A DNA stretch of 46,916 bases from assembly GCA_900757905.1 (NCBI GenBank), contig CAAEPN010000130.1, forward strand, positions 1 to 46,916. Reading direction: 5' to 3'. This DNA is from Clostridia bacterium. Lineage in GTDB: Bacteria; Bacillota; Clostridia; Oscillospirales; CAG-382. How positions within the stretch are numbered: the stretch's first letter is position 1; each line of letters starts with the position of its first letter. The position numbers were made by a program, and so were the translations under genes. The notes under the pieces were generated by a model. That model saw only the letters and a list, made by a program, of their open reading frames with translations. It did no database searches and had not been told where the DNA came from. Shown piece by piece: positions 27,916 through 36,054 of this stretch.

Positions 27916-29324
27916 ACGATATCCCCTGTTTCGCTCTTCGACCAACCGCTCATACGGAAATCTCCTTGCGCGTCAAAGACCTTGCGCAAAAGCTCCGCTG
28001 TTTTAACAAGGTGAAGCGCCGGATTCCGGTCACGCACGTCGTCATCCTGAAAACAGCCGCGTGCGGTTTTGGCAACATACGGCATGCCGCTTGACAGCGT
28101 GTGCCATGTCGTATGCAGAATACCGTCAAGACCGTGATTTTTTACCGTTTCAAGACAAGCGTTCGTTTGGTCGATTCCTCTATCCCACGGACAGAGAAAA
28201 ACGCGAAAGCCGCTGTTTTTCAAATACAGCGCTGTTTCGACCGGAGCACGGCGTGCGTCATACTGCCAATCGGCAAGGATCACGCTCTTATCGAGCCTTG
28301 ACAGCATATAGGTAGCCTTTTCTTGGGACGGACAAGCTGCCGTATAGGCGTTTCCCGTTTCGTTTTTTAAGGTTTTCGGCAAGAACATATCCGCCCACAA
28401 TATCGCAGTTCGGCCGTCCCGGGCAAGGTCTTGTGCGGTCATATTGATGTGTTCGCAGATTTTATCCATGGCGCTTTGTGAAAAATCAAAACCATAAATT
28501 TCATCACAGCCGATGTGGAAATAATCGCCTTTTCCGCAGAGCGCGGCAAGCTCGCCGCGCATTTTTCTTTGCAGTCCGGTCACCTCCGGCGTACCGATGC
28601 TCCACGTCCAGCCGGTCTCGTCGAACAGATATGCATACTGCGGCGCACGATTCAGCACGACATGCTTTCCGTGCATAACGCGCCCCGAAGAGGCGTGTCC
28701 CAGATGATTGAGCATGGGAATGACCTGCAAGCCGAGGTCGTCGGCCTCTTTTATGATAGCTCTTAAATCTTTCGCCGCATAGGCGTGCGGCCACGAAAGC
28801 GCGTCAAGGCATTCGTAGCGAAACATGCCCCAGAATTCGAGAAGAACATGGGTATAGCGAAGTGCCGCGCAAAACCGGATAAAGCGCCGAAGCTCCCACA
28901 GCTCAGTTTCCGGAAAAACGCAGAAATGTACTAAACGCTGTGCTATCTGCGTTTTTTCGCCATACTCGCAGGCATCGAAAAGCAGGCGGCTTTCGCCGTT
29001 CATGCGTTCGATGCGTATGCGGTCAATGAGCGTCATAAAGCCGCAGATAAGGCTATTTTGACTGTCTGCGACAATGCTCGCGCCGCTTGCGGTGATGTTT
29101 ACGCGATAGCTTTCGCCGCCAAGCGGCAAAAAGGGAGCTTTTCCGATACAAAAGGTGAAAGAATCAGTCGGAAGCAGCTCGATTTTGGAAAGTTTATAAG
29201 AAAAACCATTCCAAAAGTCTGCAAAGACTGCTTTGCAAAGCGACCGGTGCACCACGGCACGGACTTTGTTTTCAACCGGGTAAACGCCAGGCTTTTTTAC
29301 CAGGTTCTGAACATCAAAAAACAT
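27912..29324 (-). CDS. putative glycoside hydrolase (GH20 catalytic-domain-like TIM barrel)
   Basis: The FHIGCDE motif resembles H-x-GGDE of GH20. Neighbours are a divergent AraC gene and DMT transporters. The start is uncertain: ATG 29324 (MFFDVQNL) is chosen, and the track ORF extends to 29423. Confidence 0.45.
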   Translation of the reverse strand: MFFDVQNLVKKPGVYPVENKVRAVVHRSLCKAVFADFWNGFSYKLSKIELLPTDSFTFCIGKAPFLPLGGESYRVNITASGASIVADSQNSLICGFMTLIDRIRIERMNGESRLLFDACEYGEKTQIAQRLVHFCVFPETELWELRRFIRFCAALRYTHVLLEFWGMFRYECLDALSWPHAYAAKDLRAIIKEADDLGLQVIPMLNHLGHASSGRVMHGKHVVLNRAPQYAYLFDETGWTWSIGTPEVTGLQRKMRGELAALCGKGDYFHIGCDEIYGFDFSQSAMDKICEHINMTAQDLARDGRTAILWADMFLPKTLKNETGNAYTAACPSQEKATYMLSRLDKSVILADWQYDARRAPVETALYLKNSGFRVFLCPWDRGIDQTNACLETVKNHGLDGILHTTWHTLSSGMPYVAKTARGCFQDDDVRDRNPALHLVKTAELLRKVFDAQGDFRMSGWSKSETGDIV

Positions 29325-29444
29325 AAAATACGCCGCCTTTTTGTTTGATAGACCTATTTTACCGCAATGCAAGCGGATTTGTAACAGACTTTTCATCCAA
29401 ACAGGTGGATTTTTCAGCCGCAATTTTATATACTGAAGGCGGTG

Positions 29445-30185
29445 ATGATAATGATTTTTTTATTCGACGAGCTTTGCTTTCAGATTTTGTCCGTCGGCCA
29501 TTTCAAACACGAAAGCGGACTGTTTCAAATAAAAAAGCGGCCTTTTGCGGCGCTTAGCCTGCGCATTTGCGGCACAGCGCGCTTTGAGCTTGACGGGCAG
29601 AAATTTGTTTCAATGCCGGGCGATGTGCTGTTTATTCCGAGCGATATGGATTATACCGTGGATTATTCCGTCAGTGAAAGCATTGTTTTGCACCTTACCG
29701 ACTGCAACTACACGCACGCAGAAAATCTGTCGTTTCACGCCGAAGTCTTTTTACGGAAAAGATTTGAGCAGCTTTTGGAAGCATGGCGCAAAAATCAAAG
29801 CGTGTTCCGCCTGAAAGCCGAAGTCTATTCCCTGCTTTGCGACATGTCCACGCTTGCAAAGCCGCGTTCGGACGCGCACTTAAACGACTGTCTTGCCTAT
29901 TTGGAGGAGCATTTTTGCAGTGCATCCCTCCGCCTGAACGATCTTTGTCATGCCGGCAGCTTCAGCGAATCCTCGCTCCGGCGCGCCTTTTATCAAAGCT
30001 TCGGCGTTTCGCCAAAGCAATATATCTTAGAAAAACGTTTGCGCTTTGCGGCCTCTCTCCTTACCGAAGAGCGCATGTCGGTCAAGGAAGCGGCATTTGC
30101 CGCCGGTTTTACCGACGAAAAATACTTCTCACGCTGTATGAAGAAAAAATACGGCGTGCCGCCGTCCGCTTTCGGAAAAATGTAA
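29445..30185 (+). CDS. AraC family transcriptional regulator
   Basis: C-terminal double HTH (LNDLCHAGSFSESSLRRAFYQSFGVSPKQY...AAFAAGFTDEKYFSRCMKKKYGVPPSAF). GAAGG lies 6 nt before ATG 29445; the track starts at GTG 29442. Confidence 0.85.
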   Translation: MIMIFLFDELCFQILSVGHFKHESGLFQIKKRPFAALSLRICGTARFELDGQKFVSMPGDVLFIPSDMDYTVDYSVSESIVLHLTDCNYTHAENLSFHAEVFLRKRFEQLLEAWRKNQSVFRLKAEVYSLLCDMSTLAKPRSDAHLNDCLAYLEEHFCSASLRLNDLCHAGSFSESSLRRAFYQSFGVSPKQYILEKRLRFAASLLTEERMSVKEAAFAAGFTDEKYFSRCMKKKYGVPPSAFGKM

Positions 30186-30308
30186 TGCAAAAAGACGGAA
30201 TAATACAATTATTTGCCTGTATTCTCCATGTTTTTTACCTTGTTTTTCGGTTCAAGCTATGCTATACTATGTAAGAAAAACAAGTAATACAGCTTTGAGG
30301 AAAACAAC

Positions 30309-31202
30309 ATGGGATATTTATTTTTAGCGATCTCGCTTTTGTGCGGCGCAACGAAAGGATATTGCGGCAAAAAGACCAGCGGCCATACCGAGCGTACCTC
30401 CGACGCAATCTGCGCGAACCTTTTACGCATGCTTTTATGCATTGTCATCGGCTTTTTTGTCGTGCTGTTTTCGGGAAATATCCCGGCGCTTAATGTAAAC
30501 GCAAAGGTGCTTGCCATTTGCTTCTTTTCGGGACTTTCCACATCGCTCATGGCGGTAAGCTGGCTGCTCTCGGTCAAAAAGGGCGCGTATATGTTGGTCG
30601 ATGTATTCGGAATGCTCGGCTTTACGGTACCGATCGTGGGAAGCGTCCTCTGCTTTAGTGAAAATGTCAAACCGACGCAGGTCTTTGCCATGGTCTTGCT
30701 TGTCGGCGCCACATTGGTTTTATGCTCTTACAACAATTCTATCAAAACAAAGCTCTCGCTGTCGGTCTTTTTCATACTTCTTTTGCTCTGCCTTTCCAAC
30801 GGCGGCATCGATTTTTCGCAAAAGCTGTTCACCGTTTATGCCGATAATGTCCCGACGTCGGTCTTTAATTTCTACACCTATATTTTTGCGTTTGTCATTC
30901 TTTTGATCTGTCTGCCGTTTTTCAAGCCGAAAAATGAAAAGTTCGATAGATCAGCTTATGAAGTGCTGAAACCGATCTTCGGCTACATCAGTGTGATGGC
31001 ACTCTGTCTGTTTTTGCACAGTTTTACCAAAACGCTTGCAGCGCATTACCTGCCAAGCGCCGTGCTTTATCCGCTCGCCAACGGCTGTGCGCTTATGCTT
31101 TCGACGGTCATGTCGGCACTGTTTTTCAAGGAAAAGCTGACGGCGAAGTGCCTTGTCGGCGTGGGACTTGCTTTCTTAGGTATTTTGGCGGTCAATCTTT
31201 AA
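30309..31202 (+). CDS. EamA/DMT-like membrane transporter
   Basis: 297-aa, ~10-TM ORF with the same architecture as 27052-27915. Downstream of the AraC gene. Confidence 0.6.
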   Translation: MGYLFLAISLLCGATKGYCGKKTSGHTERTSDAICANLLRMLLCIVIGFFVVLFSGNIPALNVNAKVLAICFFSGLSTSLMAVSWLLSVKKGAYMLVDVFGMLGFTVPIVGSVLCFSENVKPTQVFAMVLLVGATLVLCSYNNSIKTKLSLSVFFILLLLCLSNGGIDFSQKLFTVYADNVPTSVFNFYTYIFAFVILLICLPFFKPKNEKFDRSAYEVLKPIFGYISVMALCLFLHSFTKTLAAHYLPSAVLYPLANGCALMLSTVMSALFFKEKLTAKCLVGVGLAFLGILAVNL

Positions 31203-31230
31203 ACCGCAGCAAAAAAGTACCTTTTAAACC

Positions 31231-31259
31231 TTGACAGACCCTATGAAACGTGATAAAAT
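31231..31259 (+). promoter_or_regulatory. sigma-A type promoter (extended -10) of asnA
   Basis: TTGACA (31231-31236), 17-bp spacer ending in TGa, TAAAAT (31254-31259). Confidence 0.65.
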
Positions 31260-31314
31260 AATTTTATCATTTCTCATAGGCACAGCGTTTTCTCTGTGTC
31301 AGAAGGACGTTTTC

Positions 31315-32322
31315 ATGAACAAAATCCAGATTCCCGAAGGCTACGCGCCCGTACTCGACGAATACGATACCCAACGCGCTATCGCCTACATCAAGCAGAC
31401 CTTTCAGAACGAATTTGCCGCGGCTCTTAACTTAAAGCGCGTTTCCGCGCCCCTCTTTGTCACAGAGGACAGCGGCTTGAACGATAACTTGAACGGCTAC
31501 GAACGCCCGGTAAGCTTTGACGTTCCGGCTATCGGCACCGAAGCGCAGGTCGTGCATTCGCTTGCCAAATGGAAGCGCTTGGCGCTCAAAAAGTACAATT
31601 TTTCGGTGGGCAACGGGCTGTATACCGATATGAACGCGATCCGCCGCGACGAGGAACTGGACAACATCCATTCGATCTATGTCGATCAATGGGACTGGGA
31701 AAAAATCATCACGCGTGAGAACCGCAACCTCGACTATCTGAAGCTCATCGTCAAAACTATCGTGGACACGATATGCCGCGTAAAAGACCGCTTATACGTA
31801 CATTTTCCGCAGTTGCGCACTACACTTTCAAACGAGGTCGCTTTCATTACCTCCGGAGAGCTTGAGGACCTGTACCCCACCCTTACGCCGCATGAACGCG
31901 AAAACGCGTTTGTAAAGCAGCACAAGACCGCCTGCATTATGCAGATCGGCGGCGCGCTCAAAAACGGCAAGCCGCACGACGGCCGCGCGCCCGACTACGA
32001 CGATTGGGCGCTCAACTGCGATATTCTGTTCTGGAACGAGGTTTTGGAGCGTGCCTTTGAGGTTTCCTCCATGGGAATACGCGTGGACGCGGAATCGCTT
32101 GCACGCCAGTTAAAGCTTGCCGGATGCGAAGAGCGCAGCAAGCTGCCGTTCCATAAAATGCTGCTTGCAGACGAATTGCCGCTGACAATTGGCGGCGGTA
32201 TCGGCCAATCGCGGTTGTGTATGCTCATGATGGGCTGTGCGCACATCGGCGAAGTGCAGTCGAGCATTTGGGACGAACAGACGGTCAAGGCATGTGAAGA
32301 ACACGGAATTCCGCTGCTATAA
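31315..32322 (+). CDS. asnA: aspartate--ammonia ligase
   Basis: ATG 31315 after AGAAGGA. Motifs: MNKIQIPEGY, RVSAPLFV, NDNLNG.ERPVSF, VVHSLAKWKR, NAIRRDEELDNIHSIYVDQWDWEK. 335 aa. The track start at 31231 is an upstream extension. Confidence 0.9.
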   Translation: MNKIQIPEGYAPVLDEYDTQRAIAYIKQTFQNEFAAALNLKRVSAPLFVTEDSGLNDNLNGYERPVSFDVPAIGTEAQVVHSLAKWKRLALKKYNFSVGNGLYTDMNAIRRDEELDNIHSIYVDQWDWEKIITRENRNLDYLKLIVKTIVDTICRVKDRLYVHFPQLRTTLSNEVAFITSGELEDLYPTLTPHERENAFVKQHKTACIMQIGGALKNGKPHDGRAPDYDDWALNCDILFWNEVLERAFEVSSMGIRVDAESLARQLKLAGCEERSKLPFHKMLLADELPLTIGGGIGQSRLCMLMMGCAHIGEVQSSIWDEQTVKACEEHGIPLL

Positions 32323-32335
32323 TACGGATACGAAA

Positions 32336-32366
32336 AAGGCAGATACAGAAAATCTGTATCTGCCTT
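32336..32366. terminator. left bracket hairpin of repeat copy 1
   Basis: aaggcagatacag-aaaat-ctgtatctgcctt (13-bp stem) preceded by aaaaa. It is the reverse complement of the hairpin at 32560-32590. Confidence 0.7.
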
Positions 32367-32560
32367 CAGACTGTTGCAAAAGTCTATAAGGTTTTTCGGG
32401 CGAAACCCGATTTCAATTAAAATCTGAAAAATCCGGGGACATGCGCCACGGATTTTTCACCGATAGATTCGCGAGTGTCAAAAAGCGAAGTTTTTTGGCA
32501 TGAGGCGCGAGCACACGAATCTGTTTCCGTGTCGTAAAACAAAGTTTTGCAACACGCTCA
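32367..32560 (-). repeat. structured ~193-nt intergenic repeat, copy 1 (inverted relative to copies 2 and 3)
   Basis: The reverse complement aligns end to end with 43282-43474 and 45479-45670. It contains the same internal hairpins: a 13-bp cgtgt(c/t)gcaaaac stem and a 10-bp gaaaaatccg/cggatttttc stem. Confidence 0.9.
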
Positions 32561-32594
32561 AGGCAGATACAGATTTTCTGTATCTGCTTTTTTT
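32560..32594. terminator. right bracket hairpin of repeat copy 1 (terminator for asnA-direction transcripts)
   Basis: aaggcagatacag-atttt-ctgtatctgcttt followed by tttt. Confidence 0.7.
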
Positions 32595-32597
32595 GCG

Positions 32598-32636
32598 CAA
32601 AAATGACCGGCCCTCCGCAAAGCGGAAAGCCGGCCG
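32598..32636 (-). terminator. probable terminator of the 971-aa gene/micro-ORF operon
   Basis: On the minus strand, ccggc...gccgg encloses an inner tccgc/gcgga hairpin, followed by tcattttt. Homologous to the terminator at 35986-36026. Confidence 0.5.
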
Positions 32637-32659
32637 AAAAGGAGAGAAACGCAGTCTAT

Positions 32660-32785
32660 TTATTCAACAGGATCTTCTTCTGCTTCATCATCTGCATATT
32701 GATCGATCATGTTCACATTCATGCTGTTCATGAGAATATCCTCAATGACTTCAAGCGCAAGCTTTGGTGACATATACTTTTTCAT
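32660..32785 (-). CDS. unannotated 41-aa acidic peptide MKKYMSPKLALEVIEDILMNSMNVNMIDQYADDEAEEDPVE
   Basis: Hand translation of the minus strand. AAGAGGTG RBS. The ATG lies 15 nt after the stop of the 971-aa gene. The N-terminus is paralogous to the 6503-6610 peptide. Below the ORF-track cutoff. Confidence 0.6.
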   Translation of the reverse strand: MKKYMSPKLALEVIEDILMNSMNVNMIDQYADDEAEEDPVE

Positions 32786-32800
32786 AATCACACCTCTTTT

Positions 32801-35716
32801 TTAATTGCCGGACGTATCTTCGCAAATACTAAGAATATTTTTAATATAGTCATTGTCCTGATATCCGGAGGATTCGGAGATCTTTTTCGCCGCTTCATAA
32901 ATGCTTTCCTTGCGTACAGCACTGTAATAGGTCACACCGCCGCATGTCACATAGGAGCGCAAATGGAGCGTTTCGGTAAGCGTGGCTTTTCTCTCCGGTA
33001 CGTTAATGACAACTGCGTTGAAAGAAGCCGTTTCGCCGTCGCCCGTGTCAACAATGTTTGCCGCAGAAACGCTTGCATGGGCACAATATTTCGTATTGTT
33101 TACCTTTTCATTTGTCAAAACAAGATTTTCGTCCAAGCCGCCGAACTGTTCAACAAAATGCTTATCGCGCGTTGCAAGGAAGCCGATCTCATCCGCATTT
33201 GTATAGGCGGCAAGGTTGAGATTGGTCTTGAAGCGAATGCCGGGTGTGCCGGAAACGCGCACGGAGACGGAATCGTCAAAGGCAAGGCCAACGGTTTCGC
33301 CTACCTGCCAAGTCTTGCCGGCGATGTCGGCAATGCTTACGGTCTCACCGGCCGCATAGGTCGTTGTGCCGTTTTTCCACGTGAGGACGTCCGCACCGTT
33401 GAAATTGGTCGGGAAGGTGTAGGTTTCGTCAGACGCAATTTCATAAGCACGGTTGTCGCCGTTGGAATCGATAAGCCAAAGTGCGTTGTCGGGCTTTACA
33501 TAGACGGCGAGAGAACGGGCATAGTACTCTCTTGAAGCCGTGTCAGCAATCGACAAACCGAAACGAGACAACTCCACAGTTTGCTTGCTATCTTTTGTAA
33601 TATATTCGTCAAGGAACGTGGGAAGTGTATGAATGGTTTGGTATCCGCTCTTAGGTGCAAGCGTAGAGTTGTCTCCCACCGCCAACCCATACCGGATGTA
33701 GTGATTCCATGTAGGTGTAAAACTCGTACCAATTGTTCTTCCTTCAATATTGGCATTCCATGTAGCAGGAGTAGCAGCTGTCTGAACGCCGTAATTCGGT
33801 AAATTATCAGATTCATTACAAATTGAAGCTAAAATAGAAACCTGACCGCTCATGGTTTTACCGTTCGTATATTTCCACGAATCGCCGTTTCGTTCAAATT
33901 CATAGAATTTAACACCAGCATTTCCGGATATAGGTTGAACAGCATAATAACCAGCTTTTACTTTGATCGTATCACTTGCATTTTTTACAAAACTGATATC
34001 TGCAATATTGGTAAAGCCGATATCGTCGGAGAAATTATCAAACCAAACGAGCTGACCGTAGGTTTCGTCGTATTCAGCCGGAATAGCTGCAATCTTTACC
34101 GGATAAATCGTTTTAGCAGCAATAGTAGATTTTGCAATTTCACTGCCAGCCGTCCAAAGCGTAGCACCGTCTGTCCATGCAGTGACAGTTTCACCATTGA
34201 AAACTGTCGGGAATGTGTATGTATCACCGGAAATTACCGCAAAGGTACGATCTGCGCCGGTTGAATCAGAAGCAAGCCAAAGGGCATTTGTAGGCTGAAT
34301 ATACACTTTAAAGTTATCGTAATATATTCTGTTGCTATCTGAAATTACGTAGCGCAAATCAACGGATTTTACTTGTGTATTTGTACCTCCTACATCTGAT
34401 TGAGATACAGCACTGGTTGTCCATATACCAGCGTTATTTTTGTTCATTTTACTCCAAAAAGAAGTGCTCTCGTTGAGCATTGCAAAACCATATCCAGTGG
34501 TCTGATCATTCTCAAATGCATAATCTGCAAACCACGTTAATTTACCTTCAACATTTGTACCGTCCGGATATGTCCATACGCTGCTATCATCTTTTTTAAC
34601 AATAGCTTTTGCGAAACTTGCACTGTCTTTTGAAACGCTTGAAACGACATTATTGCCAACAACATTTGCAGAACCAGTTATTACAAGATTCTTAACCGGC
34701 GAATTTGCTTCAAATTCGTTGGTTAATACTTTTGACGTTTCATTGTTAAAGCCTGTGTAGAATAATAACTGACCGTAAGTCGTGTCATAAGCTTCAGGCA
34801 TTTCTTCGTATGCTATCGGGAAGTAGGTTTTTCCTGCAAGGTCTGCCGCCGTATAGGAAACACCGGCTTCATACATATTTGTTCCGTCTGTCCAAATCTT
34901 TACATTAGTATTGTTAAAAGAATTCGGAAAAATATAAGTTTCACCGGAAGCAGGCGTTAAAGTACGGTTGCTTCCTTCCGTGTCGGAAGTAAGCCAAAGC
35001 GCGTTATCTGGCTGAACATAAACTTTAAGATTATCAAAGTAAAGCGTGTCCACATTACCCGCGTCGGAATGACCGATTTCAATTTTCGTAACACCATTTG
35101 TTCGATTGATATTCTTAAATTGGTTTGCATCAATCGTTTTATAATCCAATAAAGATTTGGTGGTAAGCCACTGCTTGGCTGTTTTGATTGTCAGTCCGTA
35201 AAGATCATCACCGGTTGCAAGACTTGGGGCAAATCTTAAAAACAGATAGTCCTTAGTAACTTCATCCACATCAAAATAATAGTCCGCAAAGAAATAAAAT
35301 TGACCGGTAACCACCGTACCGTCTGAATACTTCCATACTTCACCATTGCTTGATGTGACTCCGGTACCAACATAACTACCATTGCCAAACGCACCGCCTT
35401 TGGCAATAGTTGCCGTTCTGCCGTCTACCGTAGCAGAGCCTCCGCCGATGGCCTTAAGACCTTTAACAGGAGATTCTTCTTCAATCTCATTTGCTAACGA
35501 GTTTTCCGTGTTGAAACCACTGTAAAACAGTAATTGCCCATAGGTATCATCATACGTCGCAATGGTTTCTTCGTCGCTCAAAGCCGCATTATCGGCTTTT
35601 TCCACGATCTCTTCTGCGGCTTCAGGCACTTCGAATTCAAACGCCGCGACCGGCAGCATTTGAACAAGCATGCACAAAGCCAAAACTAAGACAAATAAAC
35701 GCTGTGTTTTTTTCAT
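32801..35716 (-). CDS. large secreted modular repeat protein (function unknown)
   Basis: 971 aa. Signal peptide MKKTQRLFVLVLALCMLVQMLPVAA|FEFE. Three ~250-aa modules each begin with Y-D-x-T-Y-G-Q-L-(L/V)-(F/W)-(Y/F) and end with Y-(V/I)-Q/K-P-x-N-A-L-W-L...ETYTFP...W.DG...AG...IAGKT. A C-terminal ~170-aa domain (FDDSVSVR.SG.PGIRFKT...ADEIGFLATRD) is shared with the downstream paralog. No LPXTG, SLH, dockerin or choline-binding motif was seen. Confidence 0.85.
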   Translation of the reverse strand: MKKTQRLFVLVLALCMLVQMLPVAAFEFEVPEAAEEIVEKADNAALSDEETIATYDDTYGQLLFYSGFNTENSLANEIEEESPVKGLKAIGGGSATVDGRTATIAKGGAFGNGSYVGTGVTSSNGEVWKYSDGTVVTGQFYFFADYYFDVDEVTKDYLFLRFAPSLATGDDLYGLTIKTAKQWLTTKSLLDYKTIDANQFKNINRTNGVTKIEIGHSDAGNVDTLYFDNLKVYVQPDNALWLTSDTEGSNRTLTPASGETYIFPNSFNNTNVKIWTDGTNMYEAGVSYTAADLAGKTYFPIAYEEMPEAYDTTYGQLLFYTGFNNETSKVLTNEFEANSPVKNLVITGSANVVGNNVVSSVSKDSASFAKAIVKKDDSSVWTYPDGTNVEGKLTWFADYAFENDQTTGYGFAMLNESTSFWSKMNKNNAGIWTTSAVSQSDVGGTNTQVKSVDLRYVISDSNRIYYDNFKVYIQPTNALWLASDSTGADRTFAVISGDTYTFPTVFNGETVTAWTDGATLWTAGSEIAKSTIAAKTIYPVKIAAIPAEYDETYGQLVWFDNFSDDIGFTNIADISFVKNASDTIKVKAGYYAVQPISGNAGVKFYEFERNGDSWKYTNGKTMSGQVSILASICNESDNLPNYGVQTAATPATWNANIEGRTIGTSFTPTWNHYIRYGLAVGDNSTLAPKSGYQTIHTLPTFLDEYITKDSKQTVELSRFGLSIADTASREYYARSLAVYVKPDNALWLIDSNGDNRAYEIASDETYTFPTNFNGADVLTWKNGTTTYAAGETVSIADIAGKTWQVGETVGLAFDDSVSVRVSGTPGIRFKTNLNLAAYTNADEIGFLATRDKHFVEQFGGLDENLVLTNEKVNNTKYCAHASVSAANIVDTGDGETASFNAVVINVPERKATLTETLHLRSYVTCGGVTYYSAVRKESIYEAAKKISESSGYQDNDYIKNILSICEDTSGN

Positions 35717-35756
35717 GCTGATTTACAACTCCTTTTATTAATTTTTCAGCTGTTTT

Positions 35757-35785
35757 AATTATACAACACGTCTATTTATTTGTAA
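35757..35785 (-). promoter_or_regulatory. consensus sigma-A promoter of the 971-aa gene
   Basis: Minus strand: TTTACA (35785-35780), 17 bp, TATAAT (35762-35757). AAAAGGAG RBS before ATG 35716. Confidence 0.7.
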
Positions 35786-35985
35786 ATGTAAAAATACGAC
35801 ATCTCGCCATTTTTATTGAACTTTCTCGACATCTTTTGAGAGATCGGCTGTCTGTTCAGGCTACTCTAAAAAGCTCCCTGTTCAAAAACAAAATTTTGTG
35901 TAAAGCAGGGATAACTTTTAACCAAATATTAGCTAAAACAGCTAAATCTGCGATTTCGGATAAAGAAGCCGGCACCTCAAAAACG

Positions 35986-36026
35986 GATAAAAAAAACCGG
36001 CCGTCCGATTTCTCGGAAAGCCGGTT
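35986..36026 (-). terminator. intrinsic terminator of the disrupted paralog
   Basis: Minus strand: aaaccggc-18 nt-gccggttt followed by a T-run (A-run 35985-35995 on +). Confidence 0.7.
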
Positions 36027-36054
36027 TAAAAGGAGAGAATATGAATACGCTAAA

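Noticed and set aside
32441-32503. 20-codon ORF M(R/C)HGFF(T/S)DRFAS(V/I)(K/E)KRSFLA intact in all three repeat copies
   Set aside because: It is intact in all copies, with 2 synonymous and 4 mostly conservative changes. However, the copies are only ~10% diverged, so survival of a 20-codon frame is expected by chance. The ATG sits in the loop of the 10-bp hairpin with a GGGGA only 2 nt upstream, which is too close for an SD. It would need Ribo-seq to revive.
32500-32733. ORFs beginning MRRE(H/R)TNLF(P/S)CRKTKFC inside the repeat (32500-32733, 42844-43341)
   Set aside because: The reading frame runs out of the repeat into unrelated flanking DNA in copies 1 and 2, and hits a stop after 14 codons in copy 3. 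There is no conserved end, so it is not a conserved coding unit.
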